The notes under the pieces are model-generated. The model saw only the letters and a list, made by a program, of their open reading frames with translations. It had not been told where the DNA came from and made no database searches. The position numbers were made by a program, and so were the translations under genes. From Malacoraja senta (lineage: Eukaryota), in contig JAXLNO010003819.1 in the NCBI GenBank assembly GCA_038087875.1, positions 124,001 to 188,000 of the forward strand: 64,000 nucleotides of DNA, given 5' to 3'. The stretch's first letter is position 1. Each line of letters starts with the position of its first letter. Shown in pieces: positions 25,681-39,673 of this stretch.

Positions 25681-26151
25681 ACATATGTTATCACTAATTC
25701 TCACTGATTAAGGTATGTTCATTAGAAAGTCGTGTATCCAATCGCAAGCTGGAGTGCTGATCGCTAGGCTCGGGAGTTTATCAATGTGTTTGGAAGGGAG
25801 TAGTGTAGACGGCAAGTGCTCCAGCGGAGAAATGGGAATCGAACGTTCGACTCCTTCCTGCCTGGCTGTTGGAGAGACGGGTTTAGGTCCAGGACGATGG
25901 CGTCTGATGCGGAACTGCTGCTGCAATATGCAGTCTGCGGTTCATCAAAGGCGGCTGTGGAGGGCTCACGCTACCTGCGTAAACCGCTGATAGCTAATGC
26001 GCACATCTCCTTAGCACGCACTGAGGGATTGCAAGTAGAGCAGTCGTTTTCGACCAAATAAACAAAGCGTACCAAAAATTTACCCCCACCCCAAATTAGC
26101 ATCGCGTTTCCCTTTCATGTAACGAGAGTTTCCTCTTTTCTACTCCCCCAG

Positions 26152-27040
26152 TGAACTTGTTGGCGATTGTGATCCTGTCCCGCAGAAATTGTGGTCTCTC
26201 AAAATGCACCACTCGTTACCTGGTGGCCATGGCGGCGGTGGACCTCTCAGTGATTGTCTGCGAAGTGATATTACATCGGATTGCCGACGTTTACTGGTGG
26301 CGCACATTCTTATTCCACAATATTGTGTGCAGGTGCATTATGTTCCTCGCTCCCGCCGCCGTTGCCTGTTCGGTTTGGCTCACGGTCGCTTTCACATTTG
26401 ATCGCTTTGTGGCCATTTCCACTCAGAATCTGAGAACCAGATACTGCACCGAAAGAACCGCGGTGGTGGTTATAGTGACCCTAACTGCGTTGTTCTGTTT
26501 ACAGAACGCTCCCTGGCCGTTTGCGTACACTTATTATCTCAGAGATCAGCAGGGTATACAGTGGGGTTGCCGAATACCATATCACTTTTATGTCCTGCCC
26601 TATCAACAGCTGCTAATCCCAGTCATTCCATTTTGTTTGATTATGCTGATGAACGTGCTCACAGTCAGACGCATTTTAGTGGCCAGTCGTGTCCGCAGAA
26701 AACTCCGCGATCTCAGTAGTGAGGACCCCGAGATCCCAAACCGCAGACGGTCCGTAATTTTACTCCTTGCAATTTCCAGCTGTTTTATGCTGCTCTGGGG
26801 CACAAATGTGGCATTTTTCGTTTTCTATCGATGTACGCATTTTGGTTCAGGGGGTTGAAGAACCGATTTGCAACATTTGAACAAACTGGAATTATGCTAC
26901 AACTGTTGAACACCTGCACAAACACGCTCATTTCCACCGTGACCCAGAGGAGGTTCAGAGAGCAGCTGCTCCAGGTACTCAAATGCCCCTTCACCCTAAC
27001 TGTAAGCTTATTAAAATCGAGAAAACATGGCGTAAAATAA
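26152..27040 (+). pseudogene. GPCR copy B2: exon 2 only, disrupted
   Basis: Acceptor intact but exon 1 absent; 21-nt in-frame deletion near 26600 (VLPSWIAFSWTQQ becomes VLPYQQ); 4-nt deletion near 26837 shifts the frame before TM7. Confidence 0.9.
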
Positions 27041-28174
27041 AATTACAATACTAATCCCTTCCAGAGTGCAAAAACTAGGTAATGAAGCAGTTTCCTCTAA
27101 AATCTTTCCTCATCAATTTTCATAAAAATAGCTGGGAAATACAATCTGAACCCGTCCCCTGCACTGCAATGCATATTTGGCCATCTATTTAACATGCGAA
27201 ACGGGCGCGTTATTCAAAATGTCCAGTGGGGAGGGCGGCCCTGTGGAACCGAGTGCTATGTTGTACTGGAGCAGACCTCCAATGATTCCGGAATTGAGCC
27301 TCGCCGTTAACTGTTTTCACCTTCCTTTGAATCCAGCGGCAACGTCTCCAGCACGCAATGAAAACAGACATAGAGTTATGGTCCTAAACAGTGCATGCTC
27401 CATTGCTCTACAATTCTTTAAGACGTTCCATGGTTACGTATGTAAGTGCCCAGTGTACAAATGTATTTAATAAAACTCTTGCTGCAACATTTACGTTAAT
27501 GAGAGTTCGATTTTATTTTTGCTTCTCGCACTGAATGTAACGCCTCATTGCTTCTTACAGAGGCTTTCGGTTTTCATTACAATTATTAACTCTGCACCAG
27601 ATGCAGCAAAGGTAGTGGGTGCTATTCATACAAGTTGGCATTACTAATAATATTTTTAATTCAAGCAGAGTGTAACAAGCGAGTGCCCAGTAGAGGGCGG
27701 TAAAGTGAGTACGTTCACCTGTGTGGTAAAGAGATTCTGAATCGATTTGCATTAATGTCCCACCTCCATTGAAGCTGCGCCGACGCTGGAGATCTGCCAA
27801 TTTGAGATTCGAGGGAGTGCTCAGAGAGTAGGATTTAACTCCGCCTGCAGGGCAAGGAAATGTGAGAAATCCATTAATTTATTTCCTCCACCGATGGCGG
27901 CTGAGATTTTGTATAGCTCTAAATTTGGGTTGAGTACTCTCTCCCCACATCCTCCGCTCCCGACGCGGTAACGATTACATTTTTACATATTCTGATTGAC
28001 ATTTTCCCCTCGAGGCCGAAAACACCTTCACTGAACATTTTATGCTTTATTTCTTGACTTATTAACGATTAAAGGTAAGTAAGAAGTTTAAAAACATCAA
28101 AAGGCTTTGAATTTAAAACGACCAGCTGCAACTGATGACGTCACAATGGCTCGGCTAGCAGTGGTCAGCTTCAC

Positions 28175-28900
28175 TTACTGTTGTGGGACGTATCACTGAT
28201 GGGGACGACAGAGTATAGAAGAGAGATCGAACGACTGTCCATATGGTGCCAACACAATAACCTGGCCCTCAACGCCAGCAAAACCAAGGAACTGATTGTG
28301 GAATTTGGAAAGATTAGGATGGGGACCCACAATCCCGTTAATGTCAACGGGTCGATAGTTGAAAGGGTCAAGAGCTTCAAATTCCTGGGTGTGCTCATCT
28401 CTGAAGACCTTTCCTGGTCCGAGAACACTGATGCAATTAATAATAAAGCACATCAGCGCCTCTACTTCCTGAGAAGATTACGGGCAGTCAGTTTGTCAAG
28501 GAGGACTCTCCCTTACTACTACAGGTGAACAGTAGGGAGCATGCTGACCGGTTGCATCGTGGCTTGGTTCGGCAACTTGAGCGTACTGGAGCGGAAAAGA
28601 GTACAAAACGTAGTAAATACTGCCCAGTCCATCATCGGCTCCCTTCCATCGAGGGGATCCATCGCAGTCGCTGCCGCAAAAAGGCTGGCAGCATCATCAA
28701 GGACCCACACTATCCGGGCCACACACTCATCTCCCCGCTACCTTCAGGTAGAAGGTACAGGAGCCTGAAGACTGCAATAACCAGGTTCAGCAAAAGCTAC
28801 TTCCGCACAGCCATCAGGCTATTAAACTCGGCTCGGACAAAACTCTGAACATTAATAGCCCATTACCTGTTTATTTGCACTTTATCAGTTTACTTATTCA
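28175..28900 (+). mobile_element. L2-like LINE 3' fragment
   Basis: WCQHNNLALNASKTKELIVEF..FKFLGVLISEDLSW..KAHQRLYFLRRLR, frameshifted. Confidence 0.85.
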
Positions 28901-30819
28901 TGTGTGTATACATTTATATAATGCTATATGGACACACTGATAGACATAGTAATATAGAAACATAGAAAATAGGTGGAGGAGGAGGCCATTCGGCCCTTCG
29001 AGCCATCACCGCCATTCATTGTGTTCATGGCTGATCGTCCCCTATCAATAACCCGTGCCTGCCTTCTCCCCATATCCCTTGACTCCATTAGCCCCTAGAG
29101 CTCTATCCAACTCTCTATTAAATCCATCCAGTGATTTGGCCTCCACTGCCCTCTGTGGCAGGGAATTCAATAAATTCACAACTCTCTGGGTGAAAACGGT
29201 TTTTCTCACCTCAGTCTTAAATGACCTCCCCTTTATTCTGAGACTGTGGCCCCTGGTTCTGGACTCGCCCAACATTGGTAATATTTTTCCTGCATCTAGC
29301 TTGTCCAGTCCTTTCATAATTTTACATGTTTCTATAAGATGCCGCCTCATCCTTCGAAACTCCAGTGAATACAAGCCTAGTCTTTTCAATCTTTCCTCAT
29401 ATAACAGTCCCGCCATCCCAGGGATGAATCTGGTGAACCTACGCTGCACTGCCTCAATCACAAGGATGTCCTTCCTCAAATTTGGAGACCAAAACTGTGC
29501 ACAATACTCCAGATGTGGTCTCACCAGACCCTATACAACTGCAGAAGAACCTCTTTACTCCTATACAGAAATCCTCTTGTTATGAATGCCAACATTCCAT
29601 TAGCTTTCTTCACTGCCTGCTGTACCTGCACGTCAACTTTCAGTGACCGGTGCACAAGGACGCCCAGGTCTTGCTGTACCACCCTCTTACCTAACCTAAC
29701 CCCATTGAGATGATAATCTGCCTCCTTGTTTTTGCCGCCAAAGTGGATAACATCACATTTATCTATATTATACTGCATCTGCCACGCCTCTGCCCACTCA
29801 CTCAACCTGTCCATGTCACCCTGCATCCTCCTAACATCCTCTTTACAGTTCACACTGCCAACCAGCTTTGTGTCATCCGCAAACTTACTACGTTGCTCCT
29901 AATTCCGTCTTCCAAATCATTAATATATATGGTAAACAGTTGCGGCCCCAACACCGAGTCTTGCCGCACTCCACTCGCCACTGCCTGCCATTATGAAAAG
30001 GACCCGGTCACTCCTACTCTTTGCTTCCGGTCTGCCAACCAATTTTCTATCCATGTCAACACCCTACCCCCAAACCATGTGCTCTAATCTTAGTCACCAG
30101 TCTCCCATGCGGGGCCGTATCAAAGGCTTTCTGAAAGTCTAGATACACTACATCCAGTTGGATCCCTTCATCCATTTTACTTGCCACATCCTCAAAAAAT
30201 TCCAGAAGATTAGTCAAGCATGATTTCCCTTTCATAAATCTATTTTCACTAGGACTAATCCTTTTACTGCTATCCAAATGCCCCATTATTACCTCTTTAA
30301 TAATTGACTCCAGCATCTTTCCCACCACCGAAGTCAGGCTAACTGGTCTGTAATTCCCCGTATTCTCTCTCGCTCTTTTCTTGAAAAGTGGGATAACATT
30401 AGCTATCCTCCAATCCACAGGAACTGATCCTGAATCTATTGATCATTGGAAAATGATCACCAATGCGTCCACTATTTCTAGAGCCACCTCCCTGAGGACC
30501 CTGGGAAGCAGACCATCAGGCCCAGGGGATTTATCTTCCTTCAGTCCCATTAGCCAACCCAATACTATTTCACGCCTAATGAATATTTCTTTCAGTTGCT
30601 CTACCCCCTTAGATCCTCTGTCCTCCAGTACATCTGGGAGATTGTTTCTGTCTTCCTTAGTAAAGACAAATCCAAAGTACCTGTTCAACTCTTCTTCCAT
30701 TTCCTTGTGCCCATAATAATTTCACCCGTGTCTGCCTTCAAGGGACCCACATTTGACTTTGCTACTATTTTCCCCTTAACATATCTTAAGAAGCTTTTTT
30801 TACTGTCCTTCTGTATATT

Positions 30820-31550
30820 CCTTTTTTTTTGGATTAATATTTTTATTAGAAGCAAACATCTTATAAAGTATAGTAACATATTATAATAGAAAATAAACTT
30901 TTCATATACATCAATCATACATTATTAAAATTGTCAATTGTCGATTAATTCTGCTTCTAGTGTTTTTTTTATATAGATAGAAAAAGAGAGGTAGAAAGAA
31001 AAAAGCATTACAAATATCGAAAAAAAAGAGGTGGAATAAGTTACTTATAATACGTCATTGGAGATAAGTTCGTAGTTATGAACTATAATTTTACATCTAA
31101 TCCTGAGTTCAAGCTTCTGTTGGGTTTTCGTGCTGGGCCCATCTATCCCTTCAAATAGTTAATGAATGGAGCCCATATTTTAACAAAAAGTTCTTGTTTG
31201 TCCATTAAGACAAGTCTAATTCTTTCTAGACGTAGGGTCTCCGACATTTCCACAATCCACATTTTAATTGTGGGGGTTATAGGACCTTTCCAAAATTTTA
31301 ATATGAATTTTCTCCCAGTTATTATACTGTAGTCAAGGAAGTTTCTTTGGCTTGTTGTGAGTGTTAAACTTTGTTCTGATATCCCAAGTATTATTAATTT
31401 TGAGTCTGGATCCAATTTAGTATTAACAATTTCAGAAATTATTTCAAAAACATCAATCCAGAAATTTTTGATTTTTATACAATTTGCAAAAGTATGTGTT
31501 AAATTGGCCTCTAGATGTAGGCATTTATCCTATATAATGATAAATACCTT
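30820..31550 (-). mobile_element. L1-clade LINE 3' fragment with poly-A tail
   Basis: Minus strand reads DKCLHLEANLTHTFANC..FWIDVFEII..KFWKGPITPTIKMW..KIWAPFINYL (CCHC knuckle and L1 C-terminus); T-run at 30820-30830 is the tail. Confidence 0.75.
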
Positions 31551-32719
31551 CCGGCTACTCTTTGCTGTGTTATACATCTTTTCTTTTAGTTATATTCTAT
31601 CTCTAACTTCTTTTGTCAACCACGGTTGCCTCCTAACCCCCTTAGAATCTTTCTGCCTTTATGGAATGAAATGATCCTGCGTCTTCCGGATTATGCCCAG
31701 AAATTCCTACCATTGCTGTTCCACCGTCATTCCTGCTAGGATCCCCATCCTGTCTACTTTGGTCAGCTCTCCTCTCATGCCTTCATAGTCCCCTTTGTTC
31801 AACTGCATCACTGCCACTTCCGATTTTACGTTCTCCTTCTCAAATTGCAGATTAAAACTAATCATATTATGATCACTACCACCAAGCGGTTCCTTTACCT
31901 CGAGTTCTCTTATCATAACTGGTTCACTGGACAGCACTAAATCCAGAATTGCCTTTTCTCTGGTGGGCTCCATTACAAGCTGCTCTAAGAATCCATCTCG
32001 GAGGCATTCTACAAACATCTATTTCTTGGGGTCCTGAACCAACCTGATTTTACCAGTCTACCTGCATATTGAAATCCCCCATCACCACAGTGGAATTACC
32101 TTTGTTACATGCCAGTTTTAACTCCTGCTGCAACTTACACCCTGCATCCGGGCTACTATTTGGGGATCTGTAAATAACACCAATTCGTGTCTTCTTGCCT
32201 TTGCAATTCATCAACTAAATCCACAGTGACTCTACCTCGTCAGTCTATATGTGTTCCCTCGCAAGGGTCTGAATTCCCTCCCTCACCAGCAAAGCTACCC
32301 CCCTCCTCTGCCCACCTGCTACCCCCCTCCTCTGCCCACCTGCCTGTCCTTTCTATAGGATGTATAACCCTGAATATTAAGTTCCCAGGCCCTATCCTCC
32401 TGCAGCCATGTCTCAATAATCCCCACAATGTCATATCTACCAACCCCTAACTGAGCCTCAAGCTCATCTACTGTACTTCTTATACTTCGCGCATTCATAT
32501 ACAATACTTTTAATTCCTTACGCATCTCACCTTTCACATCGATCCCTATTACAATTGGCCATACTCTCCTATCCCTTTGTGAGCTTTCCTTCCCGTTAAT
32601 TCTGGGGTCATTAACCATCCCTTTACTCTCTTTCCCTTTAACTCCATCCTCGACTATCCCATTTGACACCCCACCCACCTTATTCAGTTTAAAACCACCC
32701 GTGTAGCAGTGGCAAACTG

Positions 32720-34478
32720 CTTTCAACAGATTTGACTGCCCCACACCACCCCAGCCTCCCCCACCTGGTCTGCTGACCATTGCTGCTTCCTCTCCACCTC
32801 CCCTCCCTCTCTCCATCGTCTCCATCACTCCTGAGATGTCACCTGTGCGGAATCCCCTCTTTCCACCTCCCATTCCACCAGCAGCCCCACCTATGACTCT
32901 TCATACTGCTCAGGTCAAGATGATGCTGGACAGACTGAAGCCAGGGAAAGCAGTGGGGCCTGATGACACCAGCCGAAGGCTACTGAAGACCTGCTCTTCA
33001 GAGCTGTGTGGTATTGTAACACACCTGTTCAACCTGAGCTTGCGTCTACAGAAGGTTCCAAGGCTGTGGAAAACATCTTGCCTGGTACCTGTCCCAAAGA
33101 AGACCCATCCCACTCACCACAATGACTACAGACCAGTAGCGCTCACTTCACGTATTATGAAGACATTTGAGAGATTTGTCCTTTCCTACATCAGGACTAG
33201 TGTGTCAAATCAAATGGATCCTTTACAGTTTGCATATCAGCCTAACAACAGTGTCGATGATGCCCTCATTTACATGCTGCAGAGGGTGTACACACATTTG
33301 GACACTACTGATGCATCTGTAAGGATTACGTTTTTTGACTTCTCAAGCGCCTTCAACACAATTCATCCCCGACTGCTAGTGGAGAAGATGGAGAAGATGA
33401 AAGTGGATCCATCACTGGTACTGTGGTGTTTGGATTACCTTTCCCTCAGACCACAGTACGTGCGCCTACAGAACAACAATGTCTCAAGCACCATCTTGAG
33501 CAGCACAGGGGCTCCACAAGGAACTGTGCTGGTTCCATTCCTGTTTACCATCTACACAGCGGATCTCCGATATAATACCAACAGCTGCTTTTTGCAGAAA
33601 TTTTCGGATGACACAGCTGTTGTCGGCCTCATTAAAGGGGGCAATGAGGAGGAGTATAGAGACATGATAAGTAACTTTGTGGAGTGGAGTGCACCCAATT
33701 ACCTCCTTCTTAACACCACAAAAACCAAGGAGATAGTTGTGGACTTCAGGAGGGGGAGGAGAAGGACTCAAGCAACACCAATCACCATTAAGGGCACTGA
33801 GGTGGAGGTGGTCGCTAACCACAGGTACCTTGGTGTGCAGCTTGACAGTGAGCTGGACTGGAAGTGTAATATGGAGGCGGTGTACAGGAAGGGACAAAGC
33901 CGACTGTATTTTTTAAGGAGGCTGAGGGCATTTAACATCTGCCAACCCCTACTGTGCAGTGTCTACCATTCAGTGGTGGCCAGTGCTCTGTTTTTTGCGG
34001 TGGCCTGTTGGGGAGATGGCGCCCGCATAGCGGACAAAAACAGGCTGGACAAGCTGATCAGGAAGGCCGGCTCAGTGGTCGGGGCTGAGCAACGAACGGT
34101 CCAGCAGGTGGCAGAGGCCAGAACTCTCAACAAACTGGGTTCTATAATGACCAACCCCACTCACCCACTCCATGCCCTGAAGGTGATCAAGAGCAGCATC
34201 TTCAGTCAGAGACTGATTGCACCAATGTGCAAAACTGACAGACATAGGAAGTCCTGTTGACCAGCTGCTATAAGGTTATATAATGCGCATAAATAACTGC
34301 ACTTTTTTATTCTTTAATTGTATTTTAACTTGTATGTTAACTTGCATTTTAACTTGTTAAGTATGGCAGCTATTTGAGGAAATGTGTGGTGTTATGTCTG
34401 TCTTGAAGCTGTCGTGGCACTGTAATTTCCTGCAAAGGATTATTAAAGGTATAATCAATCAATCAATCAATCAATCGA
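32720..34478 (+). mobile_element. Rex1/Babar-type LINE, 5'-truncated, with an open 474-aa RT ORF (32836-34260)
   Basis: GPDD..LLKTCSSELC..WKTSCLVPVPKK..NDYRPVALTS..FFDFSSAFNTI..GAPQGTVL..KFSDD; (TCAA)n tail at about 34453-34477; splits the CR1 sequence gtggcaaac|ctgcctgccag. Confidence 0.88.
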
Positions 34479-37400
34479 ACCTGCCTGCCAGAATGCGGAT
34501 CCCTCACCTGTTAAGATGCAATCCGTCCCTTTTGTACAGCCCCCCTTACTCCAAAACAGATCCCAGTGATCTAAGAATCTAAATCCCTGCCCCCTGCACC
34601 AGTTCCTCAGCCACACATTCAGGTCCCGTACCTCCCTGTTTCTGCTCTCGCCAGCACGAGGAAGTGGAAGCAAACCGGAGATAACAACTCTGGAGGTCCT
34701 GCTTTTCAGCATTGGTCCGAGCTCTCTAAAGTGACGCTGCAGAATATTCATCCCCTTCTTTCCCAGGTCGTTTGTGCCGACATGCACTACCACTTCCGGC
34801 TGTTCACCTTCGCCCTTGAGGATTTTCTGCACTCTGTCCGTGACATCCGGCATCCTGGCACCAGGAAGGCAGCACACCATCCTCGAATCCCGTCTATTGC
34901 CGCAGAAACCCCTGTCCGTACCTCTCACAATGGAGTCTCCAACTACAATGGCGTTGTCTGACGTTGGCCTCTTTGGATTTGGCTCAACAGCCCTTTTTGC
35001 TTCGCAAGCCAGTGCGCCGCTCAGTGTAATAACGTCTTCTGTCCCGACAGCTTCTAAGTGGGTGAACCTGTTCACAAGATGTACAACACCCGGGGACGTT
35101 TGCATTCCATGTTTCCCTCCCTTTCTCACCGTCACCCACCTTCTCTCTTCCAGTACCTTACATGTAACAATCGTACTGTAGGAAAAGGAACGACTCAGTT
35201 TCTCGGACGAACCTGAGGTCATCCACTTGCTTCTCCAGTTCCCCAACACTGTCCTTCACGAGCTGTACCTGGATGTACTTCTCACATTTGTAGCAGCGGT
35301 GTCCTTGACCTCCCACATACTGAAAGCATCACACTGAATCAGCTTACCTGACATGTCCTTATTTCGTCTCTCCCTCTCCAGCGTTTTGCGTAGCCTCCTC
35401 TCCTCAGCCTGCTCGCCGAAGACTCTCGAGCCAAAGACTCACACATTTCTCACAGGGCACTTCCCTCACAAGGCCGCTCCCTCACTGCCGCTCCCTAAGA
35501 GCCGTCTTGCTTATATTGACTGATAAATTATCTTTGTTGCAGTTGCTTCAAAATCCACGGGAGCTCTGAGTAAAGTCTGCCTGTGCTTTGCCTCTCCTTT
35601 TCAACTCTTTCCCCCCTCTGACTCACTTCTAACTCTCCTCCCACTCGGACTAGAGCCAATCAGTGTTTTCTCCTGATCTGTTCTGTAGTCATGTCTACTA
35701 TGTTCTGATGTGCTGAAGCAAAGCAAGAATGTCATTGTCCTATCAGGGACACATGACAATAAATTCTCTTGAATGTTGAATCTTGAATGATCACATTGAA
35801 TGGCGGTGTTGGCTCGAAGGGCCGAATGGCCTACTCCTTTGCCGATTGTCTATTGAAAAGGAGCTAATCAGCCACTCTCCAACTCCGTCTTATCTGCAGG
35901 ACCTTCTCTCTCTGCTTCCAGACCCATAAACTAATTTACTGCACAAACACATGTGTTACTTTTTAAGCTAGTGGGCTCGACTGTTGCAAGTAAATTAACA
36001 TACACAATCCTCGGCAACGTGCAGGCTCTGCGATCGTTTCTGTGAACACATCCGCTCAATTCGCCTAAAACTGCTTGATCTCCCGCTTGCTAAACACTTT
36101 AACTCCCCCTTCCATTCCACACTGACCTCTCTGTGCTGGGCCTCCTGCATTGTTAGATGAGTCAAAATTGTCCCCTCTTACTTTTTGCTCGAATCTGCTT
36201 GACAACGTACCCTGCTTCTGCAAAGTATTTTACACTTCAACCGCGTGGAGAGTTTACGAATGGCAACGGCGTTTTTAAACCCATTGCCTCCCGTTCCTCC
36301 CCATTCTGTTGCTCAAACTGCAGACGGTCACACAAACCCTGGCGATCAGTAGAGCCCGCGGGAGACTCCGGGCTGAGAACAATGGAGCAAACAGTGACCT
36401 AACAATGAAGAACAGAGGAATGTTCATCATCTTACTGGTGGCAATCTAGTGAAGCTGTATCCTGCTGCGTTCGCCTTACCTTGTAAATGTTATATTTGTA
36501 AATGTTACAAGCATTAGCTATACTAGCCGGTCTAATGCCACTGATCCATTGTTTATCCTCTAAGAAAGTGGATGCTTTCTGGTGCTATTGAACTCCTGCA
36601 CCAACTCGTGCATTTATGAAGGGACGCAGACCAAATTCCGGGAGTAGTTGAAGAATACGGCGAAATACCCCCTGGGTCTATTTAGACGAATGTTTACATA
36701 TTGTGAACGTCTCTAAAGTAAGCGGGTAATTTACATTTTCTTTTCACTATCACAGTTAATGTGAGCGAACTCATAAGGGAGGGTGTTATATGGTGATATG
36801 GTTATGTCATTGGGGCAGTCAGGAAGACATGTAGAATATTTCGAGCTAAATTTCCATGAAAGTTTACCTATATATCATGTTCACTCTTTTAAGCGAATGT
36901 CGACGATATTGGGCAGAAAATAATTTGTTTGGGGGCACAAATAGGTAGTGAATCTAATAGGATGCTGTGTTGCTTCAGTGGGGAAGGAGGGAACTAGTTG
37001 CAGTTCTATACGTAACCGCGCGAGGGCGCGTTCCTTTTAGAACTGGTACTTCACAGTTGCATCCGATGAAATCAGTGCTTCGTTGTATTGTCTTCGAGTA
37101 ACACATCTAGTACCTGTTCTTTTACACAAAGACCCCTTATAGAAATTTAAATCTCTGGTAAAATAAAATTTTAATGGCATAAATCAAGGCCACTAATCAA
37201 GTCATTCTGCTGTCTATTAAATTGGACTTAGAGATTCCTGTTTTATACCAATGTCATTAGAATCGACGTCTGAGATTTTTTTCATTTTAGTCAATGTTAC
37301 ATTGTGCAGCTTACACTGAGTGATGCAATGAAGCCCGGGTAACTGATCGTATAGATGTACACCCTATTTTCTTAGAAGCATGCTGTTCACATGCTGGAAG

Positions 37401-37719
37401 TACATTGTTGGAACAAACTCATCTCGTTTGTGATTGCAAATAAAATGTGACGGCCCAGATATTTAACTTTCTATTATTTTAATTGGGACAATGGAGTGAG
37501 GCAGGAATATACAGTGGAAAGCCTTGTTTCACACCGGGCCGTGAGATTTTCTGGTATTTCTGTTCCAGGCACTCCCAATTCTATGTCCCGTAATACACTG
37601 TCAGGACTCGTTACATGTGGAGCCCAGCTCCCTCCGTGCAGCCTCATCAAAAACATTTCCATTCAATTCCCCCATGGGTCACATTCAGCGACTTTGTTTC
37701 AAGTCATAAAATGATAGAA

Positions 37720-38200
37720 ATTGGCCTCCACTGCTTTCTCAGGCAGCGAATTCCACTCTGAGTGAAAAAGGTTTCCCTCATCTCCGTTCGAAATAGCCTA
37801 CACCTTGTTCTTAAACTATGGCCCCTAGTTCTGGACTCTGTCAACATCGGGAACATGGTTCCTGCCTCCAGCGTGTCCAATCCCTTAATAATATTTTATG
37901 TTTCAATAAGATCCCCTCTCATCTTACTAAATTCCAGCGTATACAAGCCCATCCGCTCGATTCTATCCACATATGACTGTCCCGCCATCCCGGGAATTAT
38001 CCTCGTGAACGTACGGTGCACTCCTTCAATATCAAGAGTGCCGTTCCTCAAATCTGGAGACAAAAACTGCACACAATACTCCAGGGGTGGTCTCATTAGG
38101 GCTCTGAACAACTACAGAAGGAACTCTTGCTCCTTTACTCATTTCCTCTTGTTATGATGGCCAACGTGCAATTACCTTTCTGCACTACTCCTGTACCTGC
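37720..38200 (-). mobile_element. Decayed CR1 ORF2 3' fragment
   Basis: RPPLEYCVQFLSPDLR..RTFTRIIPGMAG..LRGDLIET-like text. Confidence 0.8.
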
Positions 38201-38399
38201 ATGCTTACTTTCAGTGAGTGATGCACAAGAACCCCCAGGTGATACCCATCACCTTCTCAAGTACAAAGGTTTCCCTCCCGTTCCTGTTAAATATTTCCCC
38301 TCACACCTTTAACCTAATTCCTCTGGTTCTTGATTCTCCAACTCTGGGTAAAGGACAATGTGCATTCACGTTCTCCAATCCGCTAATGATTTCATACAC

Positions 38400-38720
38400 T
38401 CAGCCTCCAGCGCTCAAGAGATCAGAGATCCGCCGTGGAAACAGGCTCTTCGTCCCACAGAATCCGACCTTACCAACGATCACCAACAGTAGCACTATCC
38501 TGCAAGCTAGAGACAAGGTACAATTTGCAGACGTTAAAAATAAACCATATTTCTGTACGTATTTTTAGTCTGGGAGGGAACCGGAACACCCGGAGAAAAC
38601 CCAGGCAGTCATCAGGAGAACTTGCAAAATCGCTACTGACAGCACCGTACTCGGGTTCTAATCCGGGTGTCTGACACTGTAAGGGAGCAACACTACCGCT
38701 ACGACACGATGCCGCCTAAT
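38400..38720 (-). mobile_element. HE1-like SINE
   Basis: gggaggaaccggaacacccggagaaaacccaggcagtc..gacagcaccgtactcgggttc, the reverse of the SINE body at 10405-10700. Confidence 0.75.
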
Positions 38721-39635
38721 TTAGTCCTACCCAGCTCAACCGATCCTTTTTGCGTAATCGCTCGAGGGAGTATAGTAGAGCTGTGATCTGGAACACCCTT
38801 CTAGTGAAGGGGTTGTCATGTTGCTGTTATGGCGGAATTCCCAGACTATAGCGACGCAGAGAAGTAATTCAGTACCGGCTCATTGAGCAAAAACAGTAAT
38901 TACTGCTTTAAGGTATTTGCACATTTGTGCAGTCGCCCATTGGGAAAGGCGCCAGGCGTATTTAATGTGTTTAATTTTACTGCCCTCACGTGACTATCCA
39001 TCAGGGGATTTACTTTAGCAGTTGCTGTAGCTACGCATCTGGTGTCCAGTGATATATCCAGCGACTCAGATCTGGATTACTCTGCAGGGCCCAATGGTGA
39101 ACTACCCATCTATATTACTGATAATCCGCCATATGCGGTAGTATATTTTGGTTTATAGACTTCCTATTCTTCCCGAGTCCCGGACGATTTTGCTGCCATT
39201 AGTAAAGGCCAATCACTACCTGAACTTAGAAAGTCTGTCAGGGTGTCGGTTAAGTGGAATTGGTTAACGTAATTCTGACAATTCCGGGCCAGCCCATCCT
39301 CCATCCAGTGACACCCACGGTTCTATAATTAAAACAGAAAATTCTGCAGTTATTAAACAGGTTATCCAGGACCGAGAGAAAGTGAAACAGAACAAACGTT
39401 TCAGATCTCTGGTCACATTTCCTATCCCGCTGCCAAGTGTCGTTAGAGCTCTTGTAATTCTCTGCAGCTATTGGCTAATGATATGGAAACGGATTCCGGA
39501 GAAGCAGCTCGCAGTTGGAAACAATCAAACCACCAGGACACCTGCACAGAATGAAAGCAAACAGACAACTGAGAGAGAACAGTAAAGCAGGCACATCCAA
39601 CCGCATCAGCGGAGCAGAGAGCAAGACAACGGCGA

Positions 39636-39673
39636 TGTTTTTGTAAGGGGCTTAACTTGTTTCCATCACTGTG
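39636..39673 (-). promoter_or_regulatory. Recombination signal sequence (23-type RSS) of the V segment
   Basis: Minus strand: heptamer CACAGTG (39673-39667), 22-nt spacer, nonamer ACAAAAACA (39644-39636), directly after YYCALW. Confidence 0.93.

Larger units (their letters stand above)
28950..35520 (-). mobile_element. Full-length decayed CR1 LINE interrupted by L1 and Rex1-type insertions
   Basis: Colinear minus-strand pieces: ORF1 esterase 34467-35249 (VGDSIVRG..VHVGTND), endonuclease 31707-32600, RT 29045-30800, catagaaacatagaaaat tail near 28950. Confidence 0.88.
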
